The notes under the pieces were generated by a model. That model saw nothing but the letters and a program-made list of their open reading frames with translations, ran no database searches and was not told the DNA's origin. From assembly GCA_963822915.1 (NCBI GenBank), contig CAWGJR010000027.1:23657-87656 (forward strand): a stretch of 64,000 bases of DNA. The letters run 5' to 3'. Positions 28,839 through 39,818 of the stretch are shown piece after piece. The position numbers and the translations under genes are program-made. This DNA is from an uncultured Actinomycetota bacterium. GTDB taxonomy: Bacteria; Actinomycetota; Actinomycetes; Propionibacteriales; Nocardioidaceae. Numbering within the stretch: position 1 is the stretch's first letter; each line of letters opens with the position of its first letter.

Positions 28839-30458
28839 GTGCTCGACCGCTCGCGCGCCACCCAGCTCGGCACTGCTGCCGTGCTGCTCGTGCTGCTGGG
28901 GCTGCTCGCGCTGGCCGTCGGGCAGGACTGGGTGTGGCTGGCCGACCTCGACGACCGTGGGCGAGACGCCGCTGTGCGGTTCGAGGCCGACGCCGGGATC
29001 CAGAGCGTCCTGCTCGCGATCGAGGACTTCTTCGGCACCATCGCGATGACGGTCTACACCGCGGTCCTGGCGGCGGCGATGTTCGCCAAGGGCCACCGTC
29101 GCGCGGCCGGCTTCGTCGTCGGCGTGATGCTGGCGACCTCGCTGGCCACGACCGGGCTGAAGGTCCTCGTCGACCGGTCCCGTCCCGACTGGCAGTCGCT
29201 CGACGAGTTCCTCGACAACGGGGCCTTCCCGTCGGGGCACGCCTCGGCGATCGCCGCCTTCACCGGCGTCGTGATCGTGCTCGTCACGATGCTCGTACGT
29301 CGTCAGGCCATCCGCCGCCTGCTCAGCGGGGCGATGGTCCTCGTCGCGATCGTCGTGGGCCTCGACCGGATCCTGCTCGGACGCCACTTCCCCTCCGACG
29401 TCGTGGGCGGGGCACTGCTCGGCGCGGCGTTCGTGCTCCTCGGTCTCGTCCTCTACAGCCCGCTGCCCCGCAGCCACGCCCTGAAGATCGAGCCGCTCCC
29501 GGAGGCGATCCCCTCGGCGAAGCGGCTCTCGGTCGTGCTCAACCCGATCAAGGTCGAGGACGTCGAGGTCTTCCAGGCGACCGTGACCTCGATGGCGCGC
29601 GAGGCAGGCTGGCGCGAACCCACCTGGCACCTGACCACCCCCGAGGACTCCGGCACCGGCCAGGCCGAGCTCGCCTCGGTCGAGGGGGCCGACCTGGTGA
29701 TCGTCTGCGGCGGCGACGGCACGGTGCGCGAGGTCTGCGCCGAGCTGGCCGGCACCGGCATCCCGGTCGGGATCATCCCGGCCGGCACCGGCAACCTGCT
29801 CGCCCGCAACCTCGACATCCCGCTCTACATCCGTGCCGCGATCGACGTCGCCCTGACCGGCCAGGACCGCGCGATCGACATGGTCAAGGTGACCGGCGAC
29901 GTCGCGGGCGAATACACCCCCGAGGACCCCGATTCCCCCGGACCTGTCGGCTTCGAGAGCAACTTCATGGTGATGGCGGGCATGGGCTTCGACGCCGCGA
30001 TCATGGAGGGCGTCAACGAGGAGATCAAGCGCAAGGTCGGCTGGCTGGCCTACGTCCTCTCGGCGCTGAAGTCGCTGATGTTCCCCGTGACGAAGGTCGA
30101 GCTCTCGGTCGACGGCGGTGAGTGGACCAAGCACCGCGCCCGGATGGTGATGGTCGGCAACGTCGGCTATCTGCAGGCCGGGATGCCGCTGCTTCCCGAT
30201 GCGGCGATCGACGACGGCCAGCTGGACGTCGTCCTGCTCAACCCCCGCAGGTTCCTCTCGTGGATCCCGCTCGCCGTGCGGGTGCTGGCCAAGCGCTCGC
30301 GCACCGACGACACGATCAACCGGATGACGGGGCGCACGGTGTCGATCCGCGCTCACGCCGACACGCCCCGCCAGCTCGACGGCGACTCGATCGGCCCCGG
30401 CCGTGAGCTGCACATGGAGTGCATCCACGGCCGGCTGCTGGTGCGCGTGCCCCGCTGA
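28839..30458 (+). CDS. PAP2 phosphatase - diacylglycerol kinase family fusion
   Basis: PAP2 motifs KVLVDRSRP, FPSGHA, RILLGRHFPSDV; DAGK motifs VLNP, GGDGTV, PAGTGNLLARNL, GMGFDA, QLDGD. Confidence 0.92.
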   Translation: MLDRSRATQLGTAAVLLVLLGLLALAVGQDWVWLADLDDRGRDAAVRFEADAGIQSVLLAIEDFFGTIAMTVYTAVLAAAMFAKGHRRAAGFVVGVMLATSLATTGLKVLVDRSRPDWQSLDEFLDNGAFPSGHASAIAAFTGVVIVLVTMLVRRQAIRRLLSGAMVLVAIVVGLDRILLGRHFPSDVVGGALLGAAFVLLGLVLYSPLPRSHALKIEPLPEAIPSAKRLSVVLNPIKVEDVEVFQATVTSMAREAGWREPTWHLTTPEDSGTGQAELASVEGADLVIVCGGDGTVREVCAELAGTGIPVGIIPAGTGNLLARNLDIPLYIRAAIDVALTGQDRAIDMVKVTGDVAGEYTPEDPDSPGPVGFESNFMVMAGMGFDAAIMEGVNEEIKRKVGWLAYVLSALKSLMFPVTKVELSVDGGEWTKHRARMVMVGNVGYLQAGMPLLPDAAIDDGQLDVVLLNPRRFLSWIPLAVRVLAKRSRTDDTINRMTGRTVSIRAHADTPRQLDGDSIGPGRELHMECIHGRLLVRVPR

Positions 30459-30733
30459 CGCCGACGGCGCAGCGCCGAGCGGGAGCCGTTGACGACCGCC
30501 GTGCGCAGGTAGGCGACGGCGGCGTGCGGGTCGCGCAGGCGTTGGGGCTTGGCGGCGAGGGCGGCGAACGCGTCCTGGACGACGTCCTCCGCGGAGGCGA
30601 GGTCGTCCACCAGCAGGATCGCGATCCGGACGAGGTGGAGCCGGTGCGCGGCATACACCTCGCCCAGGTCGACGGCGGAGGTCATCGCACTCCTGCCTCT
30701 CACGGCCCGAGCCGCTTCGGTGTGTGTGGTCAT
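30459..30733 (-). pseudogene. Truncated ECF sigma factor (region 2 only)
   Basis: VYAAHRLHLVRIAILLVDDLASAEDVVQDAF..YLRTAVVNGSRSALRRR, then abuts the DAGK stop codon; no region 4. Confidence 0.8.
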
Positions 30734-30741
30734 GCTTGGTA

Positions 30742-30821
30742 GACGTCTGGGTCGGCGTCGGGTTGCTTCGCTGCTGCGATGTCGTTCGGCCGGATGCAAC
30801 CACACGTGGCTCCCAGGCGTC
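30742..30821. promoter_or_regulatory. Divergent pair of ECF-type promoters
   Basis: Minus: GCAAC-N16-CGTC (30766..30742). Plus: GCAAC-N17-CGTC (30796..30821). Confidence 0.65.
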
Positions 30822-30856
30822 TCCCCTCGACAGCACCCACGACGAGAGGACACCAG

Positions 30857-31537
30857 ATGCAGACCCAGCGGACCACCTGCACGATCGCAGCAGCGTTCGT
30901 CACCACCGCGGCCCTGCTCGCGGCACCGATCCAGTCGAACCCCGCCGCGGCCAGCGTCGGCAGCGCCACCCCGACCACGGTCAGCAACAAGATCCCGCGG
31001 GGCTTCGACCTCGACGACGGACTGGTCGACTACGGCAGCGACGGCACTCGCAGGGGACCCTCGAAGCGGATCCGCGGGCTCGAGCTCAGTCCGTGCTTCG
31101 CGCTGTCCTGGAAGCCGGAGCGGTGGAAGCAGCGGATGGCGGTGGTCAACAGCGGCCCCGAGACCCAGCAGGTGCGCGAGCTGCTGACGTTCGGCAGCGC
31201 CCAGCGGGCGGCGAAGGTCGTGGCCGGCATCCGAGCGGACCTGGAGAGCTGTCCCCCGGACACCGTCGACTCGGTCGGGCAGCCTTCGAAGGTCACGGTC
31301 TACGACGTCACCACCGGCTACGACGACGTCATCTGGAGCGTGACCGCCAAGCGGGCCGCCCAGACCGGTCGCCTCGGCGGCTCCTTCGCCCAGGTCATGC
31401 GCGTCGGCAAGGCCGTGGTGCTCAACTACGACGCCGGCGAGTACGGCGGCCCGTCGCGCGCCGCTGCGAGGTCGCTCAACCGCGACAGCCAGGAGCTCGC
31501 ACCGCTGATGTGTCGCTGGACCGCCGCCGGCTGCTGA
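30857..31537 (+). CDS. Secreted protein, possibly PknH-like sensor-domain fold
   Basis: Signal peptide MQTQRTTCTIAAAFVTTAALLAAP; four Cys in the mature region; RVGKAVVL. Confidence 0.65.
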   Translation: MQTQRTTCTIAAAFVTTAALLAAPIQSNPAAASVGSATPTTVSNKIPRGFDLDDGLVDYGSDGTRRGPSKRIRGLELSPCFALSWKPERWKQRMAVVNSGPETQQVRELLTFGSAQRAAKVVAGIRADLESCPPDTVDSVGQPSKVTVYDVTTGYDDVIWSVTAKRAAQTGRLGGSFAQVMRVGKAVVLNYDAGEYGGPSRAAARSLNRDSQELAPLMCRWTAAGC

Positions 31538-31593
31538 CCGGGCCCTGGCGTCGGCGGGGGCTGCTCCGCCGGGGCGAGTGCTTGACTGGCCGC

Positions 31594-32010
31594 ATGACCC
31601 GACCCGCCCCCGTCGAGGCCTGGCACCGGATCGCGGCGAACCGCGACGCCGCCGGGCTCGACCTGCTGCTCGCCGACGACGTCGTCTTCCGCTCCCCCGC
31701 CGTGCACACGCCGCAGGAGGGCAAGGCGATCACGACCGCCTACCTCACCGCCGCCATGCACGTGCTCGGGCCGACGCTGCGCTACCTCCACGAGTGGCAG
31801 GACGAGGCGGCCGACGGCAGCGGCAGCGCGGTGCTGGAGTTCGAGTCGGTGGTCGGCGACAAGACCGTCCACGGGGTCGACATGCTGCGGTGGGGCGCCG
31901 ACGGCAGGCTCACGTCGTTCACCGTGATGGCGCGTCCGTTCAAGGGTCTCGAGGCCCTCATCGGCGCCATGGCGGCCGAGCTGTCCCGGGCCGCCGGAGG
32001 TGAATCGTGA
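31594..32010 (+). CDS. SnoaL/NTF2-like protein
   Basis: LLADDVVFRSPAVHTPQEGK..GVDML..FTVMARP. Confidence 0.85.
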   Translation: MTRPAPVEAWHRIAANRDAAGLDLLLADDVVFRSPAVHTPQEGKAITTAYLTAAMHVLGPTLRYLHEWQDEAADGSGSAVLEFESVVGDKTVHGVDMLRWGADGRLTSFTVMARPFKGLEALIGAMAAELSRAAGGES

Positions 32011-32978
32011 GGTACCGGCGCCTCGGCGGCTCCGGCCTGGAGATCTCGGCGCTCAGCCTCGGCTGCATGAGCTGGGGCGACCCCGCGCGCGGCGGCCACC
32101 CCTGGGTGATCGACGAGGACGCCGCCCGCCCGATCATCCGCGCCGCGCTCGAGGCCGGGGTGACCGTCTTCGACACCGCCAACGTCTACTCCGGCGGCAG
32201 CAGCGAGGAGATCACCGGCCGGCTGCTCAAGGAGATGGCCCGTCGCGACGAGGTCGTCATCGCGACCAAGGTGCACGGCCGGATGCGCCCCGGGCCCAAC
32301 GGCGCCGGGCTGTCGCGCGTGGCGATCATGCGCGAGATCGACGAGAGCCTGCGCCGCCTCGGCGTCGACCACGTCGATCTCTACCAGATCCACCGGTGGG
32401 ACGACGCGACCCCGATCGAGGAGACGATGGAGGCGCTGCACGACGTCGTCCGGGCCGGCAAGGCGCGCTACCTCGGCGCCTCCTCGATGTATGCCTGGCA
32501 GTTCGCCAAGGCCCAGCACACCGCCGACCTCGGCGGCTGGACCCGCTTCGTGTCGATGCAGGACCACTACAACCTCCTCTACCGCGAGGAGGAGCGCGAG
32601 ATGCTGCCGCTCTGCGCCGACCAGGGCGTCGGCGTCCTGCCGTGGAGCCCGCTGGCGCGCGGTCGGCTCACCCGTGACTGGGACGCCGAGACGGCCCGCA
32701 CCGAGACCGACGAGTTCGGCGCGACGCTGTACGCCGCCTCCGACCGCGCCGTCGTCGAGACCGTCGCCCGGGTCGCCGAGCGGCGCGGCGTCGCGCGCGC
32801 CCAGGTCGCGCTGGCCTGGCTGCTCGCCCAGCCGGTCGTGACCTCACCGATCATCGGCGTCACCAAGCCGCACCACCTCGACGACGCCCTGGCCGCCGTC
32901 GAGCTGGAGCTGACGCCCGACGAGGTCGACGAGCTGGGCGCCGACTACGAGCCGCACCCGATCGCCGGGCACCGCTGA
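32007..32978 (+). CDS. Aldo/keto reductase (YajO-like)
   Basis: FDTANVYS, ATKV, DLYQIHRWD, GASSM, PWSPLARG. Confidence 0.95.
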   Translation: MRYRRLGGSGLEISALSLGCMSWGDPARGGHPWVIDEDAARPIIRAALEAGVTVFDTANVYSGGSSEEITGRLLKEMARRDEVVIATKVHGRMRPGPNGAGLSRVAIMREIDESLRRLGVDHVDLYQIHRWDDATPIEETMEALHDVVRAGKARYLGASSMYAWQFAKAQHTADLGGWTRFVSMQDHYNLLYREEEREMLPLCADQGVGVLPWSPLARGRLTRDWDAETARTETDEFGATLYAASDRAVVETVARVAERRGVARAQVALAWLLAQPVVTSPIIGVTKPHHLDDALAAVELELTPDEVDELGADYEPHPIAGHR

Positions 32979-33075
32979 GCCCTGCCGTCACGAGCGGTCG
33001 AACTGGTCGGTGAGGTCCGGTCCCGGACCGGCTAGGGTCACGCCGTCCCCGTCCCTCCCGCTCCGGAGCACGCCC

Positions 33076-34065
33076 ATGCGCGAGATCGTCGTCTTCAGCG
33101 GCAACGCCCACCCGGCGCTGGCGCGCGCGATCTGCGAGGACCTCAGCCTCGAGCTGAGCCCGGTCGAGCTGACCCGCTTCAGCAACGACTGCCTGCAGGC
33201 CCAGCTGCAGACCAACTGCCGCCAGCGCGACGTCTACATCGTGCAGCCGCTGGTGCCGCCGACGCAGGAGCACCTGATGGAGCTGCTGCTGATGGTCGAC
33301 GCCGCGCGCGGCGCCTCGGCGGCGTCGATCACCGCGGTCATCCCCTACTACGCCTACGCGCGCTCGGACAAGAAGGACGCCTCGCGGCTCTCGATCGGCG
33401 GCCGGCTGGTCGCCGACCTGCTCGCGGCCTCCGGGGTCGACCGGGTGGTCACGATGACCCTGCACGCCCCGCAGGTGCACGCCTTCTTCTCGGTGCCGGT
33501 CGACCACCTGACCGCGCTCGGCGTGCTCGCCCACCACTACCAGGAGAGCGACCTGTCCGACTCGGTCGTGGTGTCCCCCGACTTCGGCAACGCCAAGACC
33601 GCCAGCCAGTTCGCCCGGCTGCTGGGGCTGCCGGTGGCGGCCGGCAGCAAGAAGCGGCTCTCCGACGACAAGGTCGTGATCGAGGCGATCGTCGGTGACG
33701 TCGTGGGCAAGCGGGCGATCGTGCTGGACGACGAGATCGCCACCGGCGGATCGATCGTCGAGCTGCTCGACAAGCTGGCCGAGCAGGGCTGCACCGAGGC
33801 GTCGGTGGCCTGCACCCACGGGTTGTTCGTCGGCAAGGCCGTCGAGCGGCTGCGCGGCCACCCGATGATCACCGAGGTGGTCACCACCGACACCGTGCCG
33901 CCTCCGCCCGACTGGGAGCAGTCCTGGCCGGAGCTGAAGGTGCGCACGGTCGCGGGTCTCTTCGCGACCGCGATCGAGCGGATCCATGCCGGTGAGTCGG
34001 TCAGCGACCTCTTCGACGGCGTCGACCCGGTGCTCGGACCGCCGCAGCCGCGGTTGTTCGACTGA
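33076..34065 (+). CDS. prs: Ribose-phosphate pyrophosphokinase, probable paralog
   Basis: VIPYYAYARSDKKD, VVSPDFG, LDDEIATGGS, ACTHGLF. Confidence 0.9.
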   Translation: MREIVVFSGNAHPALARAICEDLSLELSPVELTRFSNDCLQAQLQTNCRQRDVYIVQPLVPPTQEHLMELLLMVDAARGASAASITAVIPYYAYARSDKKDASRLSIGGRLVADLLAASGVDRVVTMTLHAPQVHAFFSVPVDHLTALGVLAHHYQESDLSDSVVVSPDFGNAKTASQFARLLGLPVAAGSKKRLSDDKVVIEAIVGDVVGKRAIVLDDEIATGGSIVELLDKLAEQGCTEASVACTHGLFVGKAVERLRGHPMITEVVTTDTVPPPPDWEQSWPELKVRTVAGLFATAIERIHAGESVSDLFDGVDPVLGPPQPRLFD

Positions 34066-34089
34066 CGTCGAGCCGTACGGCGCCCCGCC

Positions 34090-35869
34090 TCACGGCAGGT
34101 GCTTGCCGGGCTCCTCGGTCCGCACGTGCGCTCCGGTCGCACCCGCCGCCACCGGCTCGGCGGCGGCGGCGCTCGCCTCGCCGGACTCGTCGACCGGACC
34201 ATCGGTCGCTGCCTCCGCGGGTCGCTCGCCGGACCCCTCGCCGGACCCCTCGCGGCCCCCGCCACCCGCCGGCGGACCGCCGTACACGACGAAGTCCTTC
34301 TGGCGGATGAGCAGCAGGGTGAGGATCCCGGTGGCGAAGGCGAGGACCATCGCGATCAGGATGATGTGGTTGAGGGAGTCGACGAAGGCGCTGGTGGCGA
34401 CCTCGGCGATCCGGTCCTGGGCGCCGGCCGGGGCTGCGTCGACCGCGCGCTGCACCTGACCGCCGGTGATGGCGGCGGCGATCTGGTCGGCGTTGTCGGC
34501 GGCGGGGGTGCCCGTCAGCCCGTCGGTGACCTCGCGGCCGACCTGGTTGGCGAAGAGGGAGCCGAGGGTCGCGATGCCGGTGGCGATGCCGACCTGGCGG
34601 AACGTCGAGTTGGCGCCGGACGCCATGCCGGCCCGGTCGGGGGTGACGACGCCGACGGCGGTGGAGGCCAGCGGCGGGTTGATGAGGCCGATCGCGACGC
34701 CGCAGACGAGGAGGCCGGGGATCAGGTGGTGCCACGAGTCGGGGTCGGAGGAGGTGGGGATGCCGTGGAGGAGGAAGAGCCCGACGCCGAGGATCGAGGA
34801 AGCCGGGGCCGATGAGCAGCTTGGTCGGCACCTTCTCGGTGAGGCGGCCGGCGAGGGCGGCGAAGACGAACGCCATCGCCGAGAGCAGCACCAGCCGGAA
34901 GCCCGACTGCACGGCGGAGAAGCCGAGGACGCCCTGGATGTAGAGCACGAGGTAGGCGAGCAGCGAGAAGATCGACGCCGAGACGCCGAACGCCGCGATC
35001 AGGCCGCCGTTGAAGGTCGGCTTGCGCAGCAGCGACAGGTCGAACATCGGGTGCTTGGCGCCCTGCTGCACGAGCAGGAAGACCGCGAAGAGGAACGCCG
35101 AGCCGACGAGGCAGGCGAGGACCACGTCGTCGCCGAAGCCCTCCTCGCCCGAGCGGATCAGGCCGTAGACGAGCGGCGCCGAGAGACGCCGCTGAAGCGT
35201 GAGGAACCCGGCCCAGTCGGGTGCGCCGGCGCGCGGGTCGTGCGACTCCTGCACCCGGGTGGTCGCGATGGCGATGGCGACCAGGCAGATCGGGATGTTG
35301 ACGAAGAAGATCCAGCGCCAGCTCAGGCCGCTGGTCAGCACGCCGCCGAGCACCGGGCCGACGGCGACGGCGACGCCGGTCGTGGCGCCGAAGGCTCCGA
35401 AGGCGATGCCGCGGTCGCGGCCGCTGAAGGCCGTGGCGAGCAGGGCCAGGGCGGTGGCGAACATCGCCGCGCCGCCGATGCCCTGGAAGGCGCGGGCGAT
35501 CGAGAGGAAGAGCACGTCCTGGGCGAGTCCGCACGCGACCGAGCCGAGCGGTGAAGAGCACCAGGCCGATGACGAAGACGCAGGCGCGCGGCCGTAGAGG
35601 TCGGCGAGCGAGCCCGCGGTGAGCAGCAGCGCGGCGAGGCTCAGCGCGTAGGCGTCGATGACCCACTGCAGGTCGGACAGCGAGGCGTCGAGGTCGGTCT
35701 GGATGTCGGGCAGCGCGACGTTGACGATGGTGATGTCGAGCAGCAGCATGAAGACGCCGGTGCAGACCGCGGCGAGGGTCCACCACTTCGGGTCGCGCCC
35801 CGCCGGCGCGGGCTGACCGGGCTGACCGGAGGAGGCCGGCGGAGTGGCCGAGTCGGTCGACGTGCTCAT
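34090..35869 (-). CDS. DHA2 (EmrB/QacA) MFS efflux transporter, frameshifted
   Basis: LLDITIVNVALPDI, LQWVIDAYALS, WRWIFFVNIPI, MASGANSTFRQVG. Confidence 0.92.
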
Positions 35870-35966
35870 TGCGATCTCCTGATCGTCACGAGGTAAATGA
35901 TTATGTTCGGTACGATACGCCGCATCGGTCGATCGTCAAGCCGACGACGGGTGAGAGGAGGACCAC

Positions 35967-36866
35967 GTGAGCCCACCCGGTCAGCCGCTGCACCCCGCCC
36001 TCGTCCACCCCGGGCACCTGCTCTGGCGCGCACACGCCCGGGTGACCGCGGCCACGGAGGAGGAGCAGCGCGCCGGCGTCGACCCGCACGCCGTCGCGGT
36101 GCTGCAGGCCCTCACCGAGACGCACGCGCCTCCCAGCAGGAGCTCGCCGACAGCGTGGGCATCAGCCGCACGACGATGACCCGGGTCGCCACGGCGCTGG
36201 CCGCGCAGGGCCTGGTGGAGCGGGTCCGCAACCCCGAGGACCGGCGCTCCTACGCCCTGACCTGCACCGAGGCCGGCGCGCACGCCGTGCGGTCCTGGCA
36301 GCAGCGGGCCGAGGCGGCGCAGGAGTCGCTGGCGGCGGGCTTCACGCCGGACGAGCGGGGGGACCTGGTCTCGCTGCTGGTGCGGATCGCCGGACCCGAG
36401 GTCGCCGACGACACGCCGGCGCCGCTGCGCGAGCACCTCGGCTTCCTCATCGGCCGCGTGCACAGCCGGATGCACCGCGACTTCCTCGCCGCCCTGGCTC
36501 CCCTCGACCTCGAGCCGCGGCTCTTCGGCACCCTGAGCCTGCTCGCGATGACCGGCCCGATCGCCCAGTCCGAGCTGGCCCGCCTGCTCGGGCTCAGCGG
36601 CGCGAGCGTGGTGCAGATCGCCGACGACCTCGAGCAGCCGCGGGCTCCTCGAGCGACGACGCGACCCGGCTGATCGGCGTACCCAGCAGCTGCACCTGCG
36701 CCCCGGCGCCGACGCGACCATCGCGGATGCTCGCGACGTGGCGGCATCCTGCATCGGCGGGCAGCTCGCGGACCTGTCGGAGGTGGAGGTGGCGCGGCTG
36801 GTCGACCTGCTGCACCGGTTCGTCACGGCGCCCGCGGCTCCCACCCCGGGCTCGCCGGGCTCCTGA
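35967..36866 (+). CDS. Tandem MarR-MarR regulator, frameshifted
   Basis: Two wHTH units: QQELADSVGISRTTM..RNPEDRRSY and QSELARLLGLSGASVVQIADDLE..DPADRR; divergent from the MFS gene. Confidence 0.8.
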
Positions 36867-36878
36867 CGAGTCGGTGGG

Positions 36879-37270
36879 TCAGGATCGCGCGTGCGCGATC
36901 GCCTCGTCCTCCTCGGGCGAGAGCTGGCTGTCGCAGCCCAGGCGGTGATGTTCTTGGCGTAGGTGCGCGCGTCGCTGCGGCCGTGGATCGAGCTCAGCAC
37001 GATGCCGTCGCCGGCGTCGTCGAGCAGCGCGAGGGTCCACGAGAGGTGACCGCCCATGTCGCCGAAGGCGTCGTAGCGCACGACGGCGAGGTGGCGCAGC
37101 CCGGCGTCGCCTCGGCGCGCAGCGCGGCGACCTCCTGGCGCAGGCCGAGCACGTCGGTGGGCAGGTCGGTGCCGTCGGCGCGCGGCGTCGTACGGCGTAC
37201 GGCGACGACGGCCAGGGCCAGTGCGGCCACGGCCAGCGAGAAGCGCCACCACGGCGAGGAGCACGAGCAT
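36879..37270 (-). CDS. DUF4446-like membrane-anchored protein, frameshifted
   Basis: LRHLAVVRYDAFGDMGGHLSWTLALLDDAGDGIVLSSIHGRSDARTYAK..LSPEE. Confidence 0.85.
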
Positions 37271-37356
37271 GGCGCCACCGTAATCTCGCTCGCGTCCGAC
37301 GCAGCCGCGGCGCACCGCCGCGCCGGCCGTCAATCACGTCGGCGAGAATCACGCGC

Positions 37357-37955
37357 ATGGATCTCGCCGCCCTCGTGCTCACCTTCGGCGCCATCTTCGT
37401 CGTCGAGCTGCCCGACAAGACGTTCCTCGCGACGCTGGTGCTGGCGACGAAGTACCGCCCCCTGCTCGTCTGGATCGGCGTCGGCCTCGCCTTCACCGTG
37501 CAGACCACGATCGCGGTCGGCGCTCGGCCAGGTGGCGACCCTGTTGCCGCAGGACCTCGTGCGCGGGGTGGCCGCGGCGCTGTTCCTCGTCGGCGCCGTG
37601 GTGCTGGTGCGGGAGGGACGGCGCCATGCTGCGGTCGGCCGGCGCGGACGAGGAGTACGACGTCGACGCGGCGCCCGCGGTCGGCTGGCGGGCCGTGCTG
37701 GCGTCGTTCCTGGTGCTCTTCGCGGCCGAGTGGGGCGACCTGTCGCAGCTGCTGACGCTGTCGTTGGTGGCGAGGTACGAGGCGCCGTTCTGCGTCTTCG
37801 TCGGTGCGCTGGCGGCGCTGCTGACCGTCAGCGCCCTGGCCGTGGTCGTCGGTCGGAGCCTGCTGCGGTTCGTCGCGCTGCACGTGCTGCACTTCGTGGG
37901 CGCCGGCGTGTGCGTGCTGCTGGCGGGGCTGACGGTCGTGGAGCTGGTGCGGTGA
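37357..37955 (+). CDS. TMEM165/GDT1 (UPF0016) cation transporter, frameshifted
   Basis: Repeated signature motifs ELPDKT and EWGDLSQ. Confidence 0.88.
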
Positions 37956-38106
37956 GGAACCCCGGCGTGCTGCGCGTGGTGGCCCTCGTCGCCCGGACAT
38001 CGGAGGATCGCCGGCTCCGGGCGCCGGAGATCGTCCGGCGTCGACCCACACCCGTGGGGCCGGGGTTTCCGGAGGGGACGGGGCCGCCCGCCACTAGGGT
38101 TCACCC

Positions 38107-39353
38107 ATGACCGACGCGCCGACGCCCATCACTCCCACCGGCCCCGCCCACGGTGCCGACAGCGAGGTCGGCCGGCTGCGTACGGTCATGCTGCACCGCC
38201 CCGGCCACGAGCTGTCGCGCCTGACACCGCGCAACAACGACCAGCTGCTCTTCGACGGGATCCCGTGGGTGGCGCGGGCCCAGGAGGAGCACGACGCCTT
38301 CGCCCAGGCGCTGCGCGATCGCGACGTCGAGGTGCTCTACCTGACCGACCTGCTCACCGAGACCCTGGCGGTCGAGGAGGCACGGGTCGCCGCGATCGAG
38401 ACCGCGCTGGCCGACCTCGACCTCGGCGACACGATGCGGCACTACCTCGACGGCCTGCTCGGCGACGCCGATCCGGCCCACCTGACGACGCTGCTGACGG
38501 CCGGCATCCGCAACGACGAGGTGCGCGGCGGCTTCGGTCTGGTCACCTCGCTGCTGCCGCACGACGCGTTCCTCATCGATCCGCTGCCCAACCTGCTCTT
38601 CACCCGCGACTCGTCGGTGTGGGTGCGCGACCGGGTCGCGATCACGTCGCTGGCGATGCCGGCGCGCAAGCGCGAGACCCAGCTGACCGAGCTGATCTAC
38701 ACGCTCCACCCGCGGTTCGTGGGCACCCCGCGCATCCACGGCCACCACTACGAGCACGTCGAGGGTGGCGACGTGCTGCTGCTGGCCCCCGGCGTCATCG
38801 CCGTCGGTGTCGGGGAGCGGACGACGCCGGCGGGCGTGGAGCGACTGGCCCGACAGGTCTTCACCGACGAGCTCGCGCACACGGTGCTCGCCGTACCGAT
38901 CGCGCAGGAGCGCGCGACCATGCACCTCGACACGATCTGCACGATGGTCGACGTCGACAAGATGGTCGTCTACGAGAACGTCGCCGACTCGCTCATGGCC
39001 TACGCCGTGACGCGCGACGGCCAGGAGGACGACGGCACCCTGCACCTCGTCGGTGGCCGAGCCGCAGCCGTTCCTGGTCGCCGCGGCGCACGGCGATGGG
39101 CATCGACGAGCTGCACCGCATCGACACCGGCCTCGACCCGGTCACCGCCGAGCGCGAGCAGTGGGACGACGGCAACAACACCCTCGCCCTCGCGCCGCGG
39201 GTCGCGGTGGCCTACGAGCGCAACGACGCCACCAACGCCCGCCTCGAGGAGGCCGGCATCGAGGTCGTCGCGATCGCCGGGTCCGAGCTGGGCTCCGGCC
39301 GCGGCGGTCCGCGCTGCATGAGCTGCCCGATCACGCGCGACCCGCTGGTCTGA
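38107..39353 (+). CDS. arcA: Arginine deiminase, frameshifted near 39050-39095
   Basis: [54 protein letters not shown]. Confidence 0.95.
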
Positions 39354-39441
39354 GCAGCACCGCCACGCTGGACACGTCCGTGCGGACCAGCGAAGATCCG
39401 TATGGTTTGGCAGCACCGGTGCTCCCGACGAAAGGCCCCCG

Positions 39442-39816
39442 ATGGCAACGTTCTTCGACTCCTTCACCCCCCGCGAGGTCGCGCAGATCAGCTCGCACGG
39501 GCCGCCGCGTCAACCTGCCGCAGGGCTGGTCGCCGATCTGGGAGAACACCCCGGCCGACAAGGCCTACATCCTCCTCGACGGCACCGTCTCCGTACGCCG
39601 TGACGGCGCCGAGATCGCCGTCCTCGGCCCCGGCGACATCGTCGGCGAGGCCGCGATCGTCGGCCACTCGCTGCGCACGGCGTCGATCGTCGCCACCAGC
39701 CCGCTGCAGGCGATCCACTTCACCGACGAGCGACGTCCGCGACCCTGATCGAGGAGATGCCGGCGTTCGCCGACAAGATCGCCGAGGTCGCGCAGTCGCG
39801 GGTGGGGTCCGGCTGA
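39442..39816 (+). CDS. Stand-alone cyclic-nucleotide-binding protein, frameshifted
   Basis: AYILLDGTVSV..LGPGDIVGEAAI..RTASIVA. Confidence 0.85.
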
Positions 39817-39818
39817 GC

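Noticed and set aside
37271-37356. yybP-ykoY Mn riboswitch upstream of the TMEM165/GDT1 gene
   Set aside because: The intergenic gap is only 86 bp and shows no recognisable riboswitch core.
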